A DNA stretch of 64,000 bases from Octopus vulgaris (Eukaryota), in assembly GCA_951406725.2 (NCBI GenBank), contig OX597830.1:21328001-21392000 (forward strand), in the 5' to 3' direction. The first letter of the stretch is position 1; every line of letters starts with the position of its first letter. Under the pieces are notes generated by a model. The model did no database searches. It was not told the origin of the DNA and saw only the letters and a list, made by a program, of their open reading frames with translations. Shown here piece by piece: positions 46,528-58,833 of this stretch. The translations under genes and the position numbers were made by a program.

Positions 46528-46832
46528 TGGAGGCGCAATGGCCCAGTGGTTAGGGCAGCGAACTCTCGGTCGGAGGATCGCCGTTTCGATTCCCAGACCG
46601 GGAGTTGTGTGTGTTTATTGAGCGAAAACACCTAAAAGCTCCACGAATCTCCGGAAGGGGGTGGTGCCGACCCCTGTTGTACTCTTTCGCCACAACTTTC
46701 TCTCACTCTCTCTTCCTGTTTCTTGAGTAACGCTGTCATGGACTGGCGTCCCGTCCAGCTGGGGGGAACACATACGCCACAGAAACCGGGAAACCGGGGC
46801 CACGAGCCTGGCTAGGCTTGAAAAGGGCGACG
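46528..46832 (+). mobile_element. Full-length type D SINE (a 3' fragment also at 45770-45872)
   Basis: ggaggcgcaatggcccagtggttagggcagcg...gtttcgattcccagacc...ggactggcgtcccgtccagctgggg...gaaaccgggaaaccgg...aaaagggcg. Confidence 0.9.
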
Positions 46833-47513
46833 CTTTATATATATAATTAGAAAATGGAGAAAACCACAGAATGACAAACACATTGTTTGGACCACATTTA
46901 TCGTTTATTTTTTAATACAAAGCGTGACATAACAAAAGAGATGACGTAACATATCTTACGGCCGTTACTGATCGGTTACCAAAATGCAGTCTATAAACAA
47001 ATGGGAGAAAGTTCATCTTAATTCATCCGAATTAAGGCAACGGATCTTCATATATATATATATATATATATACACATATTGACCACTGACTGTTCTATAT
47101 CGTCATTTTTCTGTTTTCTTTTTTTTATTCCCTTTATCCCTCTCTTTAGGGTTTTTATTATTTTGTTATTATTTTACTAATTTTTTTCTTACTTTCTTCT
47201 TCTCTCTCCTTTCTCTCTCATTTTTTCTTTCTCTTCTCTTTTTTTTCTCTTTCTTCACTCCCCTCTTCCTGTTTTTGATTTGACCTTACATTGCTTATAA
47301 ACTCTATATTTGGATGGACTCATTTAAAACTCTGTTGGACTTTTGGACTTTACTCATAGGATATTGGAATATTGCATATATACCATTATGCCTAAAAAAT
47401 GGATTTACAACTTCAATACCCATACATATCTTGCGTCTATTTTCTTTCCTCCACCTCACTCTCTATTTTGTATCACATCTAAACTAACTATGACTTAACC
47501 TTCCTCTCACACC

Positions 47514-47565
47514 GTCTCCGATGAAGGAATATTATTAATAAATATCATAGAAACAGCTGTAAGAC
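47514..47565 (+). ncRNA. Hammerhead-like motif (variant core)
   Basis: gtct-CCGATGA-aggaatatt-attaata-aatatcata-GAA-ACAGCTGT-A-agac: stem I gtct/agac, palindromic ACAGCTGT stem III, GUA triplet. U4 is C. Confidence 0.65.
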
Positions 47566-47684
47566 CTTCTATCTGTAAATACTATAATATCTACACAGCC
47601 TTGGTTTTTTTTATCTTATTACGCAAAAAATTCTCATATATATATATACGCACGCGCATAGATTCTTCTGATATACCTTTTTTT

Positions 47685-47890
47685 AATCTTTTATTTGTTT
47701 GAGTTATTTGCCCGTGGCAATGCTGGGGCATTGCCTTGAAGGGTTTTAGTCCAATGAATCGACGCGCGGGCTTTTTAAAAGCTGGTACTGATTCTATCGT
47801 TCTCTTTCTGCGGAACAGGTAGGCTACTGGGACGCGAACATACCAACACCGGTTGTCAAGTGGTCGTGGGGACAAACATAAACATAAAGT
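47685..47890 (-). mobile_element. Type A SINE 3' half
   Basis: atgctggggcattgccttgaagggttttagtc...accaacaccggttgtcaagtgg. Confidence 0.75.
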
Positions 47891-47929
47891 CACACACATG
47901 TAGCTATGTACATATGTGTGTCTGTATAT

Positions 47930-48006
<77 letters not shown>

Positions 48007-48580
48007 CAGGGGTTGGACAAAATAATGGAAACACCTAGCATCATATGATAACTTTGAAATATCTATAAAACCGCCAAAAGCCTGTTTATTTTTATGTTTT
48101 TTGATTTATTATTTGTGTTGCTTAATATTGTTTTGCTAAAATTGCTGTTTCTTTTCAGATATCATCAGAAAAAGTAATTAAAATTCATTAAAATGACAGA
48201 TCTATCGGTGCTCGTATGGCAGGCACTAGCGTAACGGAAACAGACGAAATGTTTGGTGTATCGAGAAGTGCTGTTTCGAAAGTAATGACAGTTTTGAGAA
48301 AACCTCCTCGTCGAAACAGAACTCCGGAAGAAAACCAAAACTTTCAGATAGAGACCGTCGGACTCTTACGTGGATTACTTTCAAAAACAAACGTTGCAAA
48401 GCGTTTACATTGGAGTAAAGACCTACAGAATTAGTCCTTAAGGCAGTGGAAGAATGTTATTTCCTCGGACGAGTCATCCTTTACCTTATTTCCGACCACC
48501 GGCCGATTATGCGTATGGAGACAGCCAAAGGAAGCATTTGATCCAGACTGCCTTCTTCCAACTGTTAAACATGATGATCT
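48007..48580 (+). mobile_element. Tc1-family transposon, 5' half, decayed
   Basis: TA then caggggttggacaaaataatggaaacacc terminus. GARMAGTSVTETDEMFGVSRSAVSKVM (paired-like HTH). QWKNVISSDESSFTLFPTTGRLCVWRQPKEAFDPDCLLPTVKH (first D of DD34E). No right TIR. Confidence 0.88.
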
Positions 48581-48969
48581 GGGGTGGGGTGGGGTGGGGC
48601 AGTACTCAAATGGTACATGTTTTATCACCCTCGAGAGAATGAAAGGCAAAGTCAGCCCTCAGCAGCAATTGAACTCACAATGTGGAAACAGACCGATTGC
48701 CGCCGAGCATTTTTGCCGCGGAGAGCTAACGATCCAGCCAGCTCGTCGCCCTAATTGTATGATGATGATGATGATGATGAGGAGGAGGAGGAGGAGGAGG
48801 AGGAGGACAACATTAACTACAACAATAACAAAAGCTTTGCGATATCGATGTAGAATTGATATCTTTGGAGAATTGAACCGGTGGGAACCGGTAAAGCTGC
48901 TGTCTTTGGTGATGATATCTAATGTCATTGATATATACCAGATATGAAGTGGATGCGGGTGGGGGGGGG

Positions 48970-49147
48970 AGAGATAGAGAGAGATAGGGAGAAATGGAGT
49001 GAAACGAGAGAATGAGTGAAAGAAAGGTTGGGGGGGGGGGCGGGATGGAAAGTGATAGGCGAAAGTACGACATTAAGCCGAAAGAAAAAGAGGAAATAAA
49101 GAGACAAAAGAGAGATTGAAAAAGCGATAGGTAGGTTGGTTGGTGGG

Positions 49148-49226
<79 letters not shown>

Positions 49227-49364
49227 GTAGGTTGGTAGGTAGGTAGATAGATAGATAGGTAGGTAGGTAAGTAGATAGATGGATTGATATATAGATAGGT
49301 AGGTGGGTAAATAGATAGATAGATAGACAGATAGAGAGATAGAGAGATAGATAGATAGACAGAT

Positions 49365-49421
<57 letters not shown>

Positions 49422-51070
49422 GTAGGTAGGTTGGTAGGTTGGTAGGTTGTTAGGTTGGTGGGTAGGTAGGTAGGGTGGTGGGTAGGTAGACTGATAGATA
49501 GATAGATAAATAGATAGATAGTGACAGGCAAAGAGAAAGACAGACAGACAGATAGCGAGATAGAAAGAAGGCTGTGTGAGAAATAGAGGGTACGTGTGTA
49601 TCAGAAACTATGATAAAGAGAGAGACAGATACACCGGGTAAGTGAGAGAGAGAAAGAGAGAGAGAAGTTCAGTGGAAGAGAGAGTGAGAGAAGAGGAAGG
49701 AGAAGGAAACGAATGAAGTAGAAAGAGAGGGAGATAAGAGAAGTTGAATGTGAAAGAGAGAGAGAGAGAGATGGAGAGAATCAGACCAACAAAGAAAGAG
49801 ATAGAGAAGAAGAAGAAGAAGAAGAAGAAGAAGAAGAAGAAGAAGAAGAAGAAGAAGAAGAAGAAGAAGAAGAAGAAGAAGAAGAAGAAGAAAGGTGCAT
49901 ATGTAAAAGAAGGAGGAAGAAGAAAAATAAGGGTGGGGTAATAAGAACAGCAGACGGCAACGGGTAGAATTAGAGAGAGAACACAGTGATTGCGATGGTG
50001 ACGATGATGACGATGACGATGATGATGACGATGATGACGATGATGATGATGATGATGATGACAGTGATGATGATGACGATGATGACGATGTTGATGATGA
50101 TGATGATGATGACAATGATGATGATGATGATGATGATGACAATGATGATGATGACGATGATGACGATGTTGATGATGATGATGATGATGACGACGACGAT
50201 GGTGATGATAATGATGACGACGATGATCATGATGACGATGATGATCATGACGATGACAATGATGATGATGACGATGATGACGATGTTGATGATGATGATG
50301 ATGAAGATGATAGGGGTGATGATGACATGCGTAGAAAACTAGAAGCCAAAAGAATAAACACAAGCGAAAGAGCTACCTTCTTCTGAAAGCAGCACCCTAC
50401 CCCATCCTACCCCCACCCTCGTCACCCGGCTCCCCGTCACCAACCATCTAACCAACCAACCAGCCAGCCAGCCAAAATCATCATTGCAGCCCGCCCGCCC
50501 GCCCGCTCCCGCACGCCCTCCCTCCACCCTCACGTTTCATGTCTCCACCTCAAACTTACAAACATTTCTCTCTCTCTTCCCCACCTCTCTCTCTTTCACA
50601 CACACACACACACATATACCCATGTACACACATACACACGCACACACATTATCCCATCGTCCCATCATCCATCGCTACTCGCCACCTTAACCGCCTTCCT
50701 CGCCACCCCTTCCGCCACTCACTCGACCAACGCTAAGCAGAATAACACAAGAGAGTCTGTGTAAGATTCTTGTGAAATTCCTGTGAAGAACAGTGCGACG
50801 GCGTCACTTGATTCCTGTGTGGTGGTGGTGGTGGTGGTGGTGGTGGTTGTGGGTAAGGTGTTTTGCATAGGGGAGGGAGGGAGGGAAACTGGGACAGAAA
50901 TAGAGAGAGAGAAAGAGAGAGAGAGGGAGGGAGAGAGAGATTGAGAGAAAAGACGGCGATTTTGAGAGGGTAGAAAGAGAGAGAGAGAGTAGATAGTTGG
51001 AAAGCGAAAGGAAGACAGAGAGAAGGTGATCGAGAGAGAGAGAGAGTGAGAGAGAGGCAGACACAGACAG

Positions 51071-51152
<82 letters not shown>

Positions 51153-51187
51153 GTAGGTAGATAGATAGATAGATAGATAGATAGATG

Positions 51188-51254
<67 letters not shown>

Positions 51255-52490
51255 TGAGAGAGAGAGAGAGTGGGGCAGACACAGAGATAGATAGATAGAA
51301 TAATAGATAGATAGGTAGATAAATAAATTAATGGTTGGATAGGTAGGTAGATAGATAGATAGACAGACAGACAGAAAGAGAAGGAGAGAGGGAGGGAGAG
51401 AGAGAGAGCAGACAGAGGCAGAGGGTAGTGAGAAAACAGACACAAAGCGCAAAGAGATATAGAGAGAGACGTTGAGAGAAGGCCAGGCAGAAAGAGAGAA
51501 GAAGAGAGAGAGAGAGAGACGTAGAGGTCAAAGGGAGAGTATAAGAGGGAGGGAAAATGACAAGTGAGAGTGAGGCACTGTCAGATATAGACAGATAATA
51601 AAGAGAGAGTAGGAGAAATGGGGAGTGAGAGGAGAGTGAGACAGATAGGAAAGACACACAGAGAGGGAGAGATAGATAGATAGACAGATAGAGATACAGA
51701 GATGAATTGAGAGAAAATATGGGGGTGGGAACAGGCAGGCAGATATAGATAGACAGACAGATAAATGGATAGAGAGAGAGAGAGGAGGAAGGAGAGAGTG
51801 AAAGAGTGAAAGAGTGAGAGAGACTGAAGGAGAGAGATAGAGAGTTTGATGTTGCGAAGGCCTCGTGTGAAGAAAAGGAGATAGAATGGTATTGTTATGT
51901 TGGAGGTAAGCTGGGGGGGGGGGGGGAGAGAGAGAGAGAGAGACAGAGAGAGACAGAGAGAGACAGAGAGACAGAGAGACAGAGAGGAAGACAGAGAGAC
52001 AGAGAGACAGAGACAGAGAGACAGAGAGGGAGACAGAGAGAGAGACAGACAGACGGACAGATACACAGAGACAGAGAGACAGGGTAAGGGAGGGAGAGAG
52101 AGAAAATAGAAACAGTGAGTGAGAGAGAGAGAGAGAGAGATCAGATTAAACTGGCCAAGAGCGAGAGAGAAAGGTAAGGGAGAGAGAGACAGACAGACAG
52201 AAGCAAAGAGACAGAGAGTGAGAGAGTAAAAGAGAAGTAAAGTAACCGAGAGGGAGACAGACAGACAGACAGACAGACAGACGGATAGACAGACACACAG
52301 ACAGACAGGCAGACAGGCAGAGAGATGGATGGATGGATGGAGGGAGGGAGGGAGGGAGAGATAGGGATAGTCAGAAACAGAGAGTCAGAATAACTGCGAA
52401 ATAGAGAGAGAGAGAGAGAGATCAAGGAATGGGACGGAGGAAGAAAGAGAGAGAGAAAGAAAGACAGAAAATAGAAAGAGAGAAACAGAT

Positions 52491-52526
<36 letters not shown>

Positions 52527-52530
52527 GACA
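48970..52530. repeat. Purine-biased (AG)n/(AGAT)n/(AGAC)n/(GAA)n/(GAT)n region
   Basis: Direct reading; interrupted by a C-rich island at ~50340-50815. Confidence 0.95.
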
Positions 52531-52574
52531 TAAACTCAAAGAATTAGAGAAAGAGAAGTATATAGGGAATTGAG

Positions 52575-52620
52575 GTGGTGGTGGAAGCGGTTGTTGGAGA
52601 CAGTAAACATAGTTAATGTG

Positions 52621-52654
<34 letters not shown>

Positions 52655-52661
52655 CAGTAGC

Positions 52662-52701
<40 letters not shown>

Positions 52702-53155
52702 ATAATAGTCGTGTGTGTGAATGTGGTGTTGGTGGTAGAGTAGATGTGGTAGCTGTTTTTGCTTGATGTGGAAGTGGTATAGGTGTTAGTGTTATTGATA
52801 TGGTTGAAGGTGGTGGTTCTTGCACAGGCCGTCGTGGTGGTTGTGGTGGTGATGGCGGTGGTGGATGCAGAGGTGGTGGTGGATGGGGAGGTGGTAGAGG
52901 TGGTGGTGGTGAATGCAGAGGTGGAAGTGGATGGGGAGGTGGTGGAGGTGGTGGTGGAGGTAGCGGTAGTACTGGTGGAGACGGCAGTGGAGGTGGTGGT
53001 AGTGGTGATAGTGGAAGTGATGGTAGTGGTTGTAGTGGTGGTGATAATGACGGTGGTAGTGATTGTGGTGGTTGTAGTAGTAGAGTTGGTAATGGTGGTG
53101 GTGGTGGTGGTGGTGGTTGCGGTGGCGGTGGCGGTGGAGGTGCTGGTGGTGACAT
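52575..53155. repeat. (AGT)/(GGT)n tract
   Basis: Direct reading. Confidence 0.95.
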
Positions 53156-54724
53156 TGATGTTCATGGGGTTGCTTACAGGTGGTTATGTTGTTCTTGCTC
53201 TTGTTTATATACGGCAGAGGTCAACATTGGTCAGGTAGGCCTATGACTAAAGGTGACATCCGTGACCATCACATCTGTTTGTATATCTAGAACCACATTG
53301 CTCAACGTGTCTTTAAAAGAAAACAAAAATCAAATCGTTGGATATGGTTTGAGTCAATTTGGCTGCTATTTCTAGCAAATTCAAGCAACCACCTAGACCT
53401 GGTGGTGGTGGTGGTGGTGGTGGTTATGGTGGTGGTGGATGCGGTGGCAGCGGTGACGGAGTCGGGGATAGGGGCGATGGTGTTGACTATGATGACGTTG
53501 TTGATGTTTAGAAGGGGGTAGCATGGAGAATTAAGGGCAGATGAGAAATCGTAAGGTGTGTGTGCAATAAAAATGCTGGAATTTGTTTGGGTTAGATAAA
53601 CAGAGTGACAGACAAATATATGTATGGATGCACTGAATAGAATATGCGAACAATATTCTTGAAGAATTCCTTTATTCCTTTCTGTGGTCTATCTTAAAGG
53701 CTGGGGCCATGTTGGAGCATCTCCATTAGTGAAATTTCCCGCTAAAATGAAGAAAGAAAGCAGAGGTGTAGCAGCCTTCGTGAGCAATTTTACGAAAAAG
53801 AGAAGAAAATAATTTCAGTGAATTGATAATATATTTGGAGAATATGTTTAGTTCTACATTGGAATGATGGCTCTCGAAGCAGATAAAACTATCAATAGTA
53901 GGGTGTAAATATTGGATAAAGAACACTTTTGGATAGAAAATCCAAACTCGGTGGGGTGCGAACCCACATCTCATCTAAACATGACTAGTATTCTATCATT
54001 CGACCAAAACAATCGCTCGAATAACTTTCTCCACTTTAGAAACTTTATTCTTATCAGCGGGAATTGTATGTAAACACCAGAACAATTCATAAACGTTGAG
54101 AGAACGTGAGATAATTCTCTTCTGCAACGGTAGATCTTAGAGCAAATAAAAATATAAATAGCATGTTTAAAAGCAAGAACTCTTTGGATTAAAAAATTCG
54201 AAGGTAAAATTAAATTTATTGTGACAAAAACAGAAAAGTTTCGATATTACAGGATATCGTCAGTCAACCCAATTGATCACTAAGCATGGTTTTTTTTTAA
54301 TACACACCTTTTATCTTTCAGTGGTGGTGGTGGTGGTGGTGGTGGTGGTGGTGGTGGTGCAAGCAGTGGCAGTGTGTATATAATATATATATATATATAT
54401 GTGTGTATTGTTTTCTAATTTTGCTTTTACTCGTTCCATTCATTGGATTGCGGCCATGCTGAAGTACCGAACACATCAACCCCACCAGAACTTATTTATT
54501 TGTTAGATCAAGTATTTATTCTATCGCACCCCTTTGCTGAATCGCTACATCACACAGGGACATAAACAAACCTGCGCCGGTTGTCAAGCAGTGTGGCAGA
54601 CAGACTGACACATAGACATACATACATACAAACATATTAATGTTTGTTTTTATGTTTAATTATAACCAAATCAGTTTTACATTAATCTGAAGAGCTACAC
54701 CATACTTTTGTAGGATACAAATTG

Positions 54725-54855
54725 ATTCTTTAATAAGAATAGTATTGACAGTAACTTCGAAGTTTCAGCCAACTGAGCCATTATCGGATTGGCCGATGAT
54801 GGCGTAGCTGGCCGAAATGTTGAAGTCGCTGTTAATACTATTCTTGTTAAAGAAT
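54725..54855. repeat. Inverted repeat (63-bp arms, 5-nt loop) with hammerhead-like arms
   Basis: attctttaataagaatagtattgacag...gccattatcgg ATTGG ccgatgatggc...ctgttaatactattcttgttaaagaat. The right arm contains CCGATGA-tggc-gtagctg-gcc-GAAAT. Confidence 0.9.
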
Positions 54856-55046
54856 AGAACATAGGGGTTCAATTCACTGGTGATCTAAGCGAATAGGTGC
54901 GTTGGGTAAGTGCTGTAATGGATTATCAGGGTTCCAAGCTCGTTACTGAAACGGGAGATATGGATCTAGTTTAGGTTTCCGATTTAGCAGATGTATATAT
55001 TTGTGAAAGAGGACAAAAAACGTCTATATTATTCTCAAATTAGATG

Positions 55047-55122
55047 GTTTCACAGCTGTTTCTAGGATATCCCAAGTGATAGGCGAGTAAGCCTGAATAT
55101 GGGGTACTCCGTCATCAGAGAC
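55047..55122 (-). ncRNA. Hammerhead-like motif, related to 47514-47565
   Basis: Minus strand gtct-CTGATGA-cggagtacccca-(loop)-tgggatatccta-GAA-ACAGCTGT-G-aaac. Core intact, but a GUG triplet is normally non-cleaving. An inverted 25-nt partial copy lies at 55235-55259. Confidence 0.65.
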
Positions 55123-55266
55123 ATGTAGAACCTCATTTCCTTATTTTCTTATTTTCTTACTCTCTACTCTTCTATCTTATTGCGCATTATCTGCGAATTT
55201 TCCATGTCTAGATCATTCATATGTTTTCAACTTGTCTGATGACGGAATACCCCATATTCCGTATTC

Positions 55267-55347
55267 AGTATGCTATTAAATTAGACATGGCCTAGATATA
55301 TTTCGACTAAAGATTGGTCTAGGCCATGTCTAATTTAATAGCATACT
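55267..55347. repeat. Perfect 30-bp inverted repeat with 21-nt loop
   Basis: agtatgctattaaattagacatggcctaga (55267-55296) and tctaggccatgtctaatttaatagcatact (55318-55347). Confidence 0.95.
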
Positions 55348-55856
55348 TAGTTATTTCTTTAAATTTATATTCGATAATTATTCCCATTCATAATTATATT
55401 TATAGTACTTATAGTATTTATTCGATACTATATTACAAAGAATTGATTATTTCTAAAAGTATTTTACATAAGATTTCTGAAAGTTCGTTTAAGTTAGTTT
55501 ATTTGTATTTTGAAATTAGCTATTTCATCTTTAAATATGGAAAATTAAATTTATTAGGTTTTTATTATATACAATTATTTATAGAGATTATTTTAGATCT
55601 TGATTATAATATTTATATATATATTTTCATTGATAATTTATATATATTAGTCATTTTAAATATTTATGTAATTATATATAGACTAATATTGATATTAGAT
55701 TATGGGTTTCCTACCTTATAAATTAAAATTAATATTTAACATTATAGTCGATTTGGATATAATCATATTTGATAATAGAGTTTATTATAAGTAAAATTAT
55801 TATATTATATATATTATTTATATCTTAAAAATATTGATTATATTTTAGATATGTAA

Positions 55857-55924
55857 ACCACCTGAAGAATGACTGTAACTCGAAAATTTTATGAATTGAA
55901 CAGCCATGAAACGATCGTAGTGTT
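55857..55924 (+). ncRNA. Type I hammerhead ribozyme motif, second copy of 6697-6763
   Basis: cac-CTGAAGA-atgactgt-(loop)-acagccat-GAA-ACGATCGT-A-gtg. The ~135 nt downstream are near-identical to 6764-6895. Confidence 0.75.
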
Positions 55925-56135
55925 ATATTAATTATCTTTTTTAATAATTTTGATATATATTTAAATAATATAAATTAATTAATCTTATGTATTGGCTTAA
56001 GTTTTTCATTGTATGATTTGCCTAATAGTGGTTTTATCTCTAATTTAATATAATATAATATTTTACTATAAAATTGGATTCAATCCTAAATCTGATTTTT
56101 CCCTGTAAGTTTGTATTTATTCCCTAATATTTTAT

Positions 56136-56193
<58 letters not shown>

Positions 56194-56199
56194 CAAGTG

Positions 56200-56575
56200 A
56201 GAAGCTTGCTTCCCAACCACACAGTTCCGGGTTAAATCTCACTGCATGGCACCTTGGGCAAGTGTTTTCTACTATAGCCTCAGGCGAACCAAAGCCTTGT
56301 GAGTGGATTTGGTAGACGGAAACTGAAAGAAGTTCGTCGTATATATATGTACATATATCTATGTGTGTGTGTCTTTTTGTCTGTGTTTGGCCCCCAACAC
56401 CACTTGACAACTGGTGCTAGTGTGTTTAGTCCCTCGTAAGCTAGCGATTCGGCAAAGAGGGATTGATAGAATAAGTACCAGGCTTTAAAAATAAGTACTG
56501 GGATCGATTCATTCAACTAAAAATTCTTCAAGGTGGTGTCCCAGCATGGCCGCAGTCTTATGACTGAAACAAAAA
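56200..56575 (+). mobile_element. Type A SINE
   Basis: agaagcttgcttcccaaccac...ggcaccttgggcaagtg...ccagcatggccgcagtc...gactgaaacaa. Confidence 0.88.
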
Positions 56576-56610
56576 AAACGTATATATCTATATTTTTATA
56601 TACATATACA

Positions 56611-56664
<54 letters not shown>

Positions 56665-56749
56665 TATATATACATATATATACATATATATATATATGTA
56701 TGTATATATATACATATACATATGTATATGTATATATACACATATACAT

Positions 56750-56810
<61 letters not shown>

Positions 56811-56883
56811 TATATACAGAGAGAGGGGGGTAGATAGATAGATAGATAGGTAGAGAGAGAGAGAGGGAGAGAGAGAGAGAGAA

Positions 56884-56957
<74 letters not shown>

Positions 56958-57470
56958 TGATTGATTGATAGATAGATAGATATGCACGTATGTATGAATG
57001 AATGTGTGTATACGTGTAATATGTGTAACCAGGGTAGGCAGTAAGCAGTGCAAATTGTCAACAAAAAGCCTTATCAGTATGGAACAATGTGCATCAGATT
57101 TCTCATGTTTACTTAAAGTTTTTTGCTAATTATTTAAATGTGAATATCCGGTTCCTACCCATTCACTTTCACCCGATAAAACAAGCATGAGAAATACAAG
57201 AGGCTATTTTTCGTTATACAACTGCACAGCCACCCTTTCTTGCTATGTCACGTGGGTTGAAATGTTCTCGCAACTTCCGTACCTGTGCAATAGTTGAAGC
57301 TGCTTTTTGTTCATGTGTTGATAGTCTAGAAAGATTCTTAAACGATTCACTGTTTAAATTTTGAAAAAAAAATTAGATTTTAAATTTAAATCTATCTCGA
57401 GCAGTAAACGTAATCATCAATAACAGACGTTGGAACTTGGGGGTATAAAATTATTGATTTATCTGCAGTA

Positions 57471-57690
57471 AGGCGTAGAAGTGGCTGAGTGGTAAGTTGC
57501 TTGCTTACCAACCACATGGTTCCGGGTTCAGTCCCACTGCGTGGCACCCTGGGAAAGTGTCTTTTGCTATAGCCTCGGGCCCGACCAAAGCCTTGTGAGT
57601 GGATTTGGTAGACGGAAACTGAAAGAAGCCCGTCGTATATATGTATATATATATATATATATGCATATATATGTATATGTATATATATAT

Positions 57691-57754
<64 letters not shown>

Positions 57755-58143
57755 CTGTGTTTGTCCCCCCTCCAACATCGCCTGACAAACGATGCTGGTG
57801 TGTTTACGTCCCTGTAACTTAGCGGTTCGGCAAAAGAGACCGATAGAATAAGTACTAGGCTTACAAAGAATAAGTCCTGGGGTCGATTTGCTCGACTAAA
57901 AGGCGGTGCTCCAGCATGTCCATAGTCAAATAACTGAAACACCTGAGCTCCATGCGGCTCCGGCAGAAGGTAATGGTGAACTTCTGTTGACTCTTTCGCC
58001 ACAACTTTCTCTAATTCTTTCCTCCTGCATCTAGCAGCTCACTTGTGACGAACGGGCATCCCGTCTTGGTGGGGAACCTATACGCCAATGAAACCGGGAA
58101 ACCAGCCCTTATGAGCTAAGCATGGCTCGACAAGGAACAAACA
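57471..58143 (+). mobile_element. Full-length type A SINE fused to the 3' two-thirds of a type D SINE
   Basis: The A copy 57471-57941 runs through shared gaaaca (57936-57941) into cctgagctccatgcggctccggcagaaggtaatgg...ggctcgacaaggaacaaacaac. Confidence 0.88.
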
Positions 58144-58159
58144 ACAGCAATAATGGTTT

Positions 58160-58452
58160 CTCCCATCGAAGACGACGTATGGGAGTTCAGTTTTTTGCCG
58201 AACGACCTGCAGAAATGGTTTGTTTATAATGATCAAATGTATGTGCTGCGCATTAGCTCACTCGATCAATCAAATTGATGTTGTCTTAACAAGGGCACAG
58301 TGTGCCACGCGTCGAGTGTCGAAGTGATCGTAGAGCAACGTGAGATGAAGTGTTTTACTCAAAAACACAACGCACCACTCGGTTCAGGAATTGAAACCAC
58401 GATGTCTCGATCGGGAATACAATATCCCTTACCACTAGGCCATGCGTCCCCC
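58160..58452 (-). mobile_element. Type C-like SINE with a third tail type
   Basis: Head matches C (agagcaacgtgagatgaagtg...acacaacgc...ggaattgaaacc...accactaggccatgcg). Tail ttgccgaacgacctgcagaaatggtttgtttataatgatcaaatg differs from the other C copies. Confidence 0.7.
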
Positions 58453-58833
58453 ACACAGTGCAAAACAAGAAAAAAACATTACGGACATGTGATGAGAATG
58501 ACGCAGGTAAGAATCGTAAGACAGATTCTTCGACCGAAGGGTGGCTGGCCGGCTAGCTGGCTGGCTGGATGGCTGGATGGCTGGATGGATGGATGGATGG
58601 ATGGATGGATGGATGGATGGATGGATGGATGGATGGATGGACGGACGGATGGATAGGATGTTCAAAAATTATAAAGTATTTTACAAACGTGCCGGATATT
58701 TGTCCGCTCACACAAACCAGTACACTTCAGTTTATAGCAAAAGGCAGGAATTATGCTGCTATTATGAAACTATATTTAATAAATTTGGTGCATCAAGTAT
58801 GGTACATGGCTCTTATGTGGTCATGCGTAAGTA

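Noticed and set aside
48890-48940. miR-9/miR-79-like seeds (tctttggt, taaagct)
   Set aside because: Wrong order, adjacent rather than on opposite arms, and no matching hairpin.
55326-55721. 131-aa AT-rich ORF suggestive of a mitochondrial insertion
   Set aside because: No recognisable mitochondrial protein motif; I/Y/L-rich composition follows from the base bias.
58470-58535. RTE-like peptide [18 protein letters not shown]
   Set aside because: Only 18 codons with no tail or TSD; plausible relic but unsupported.
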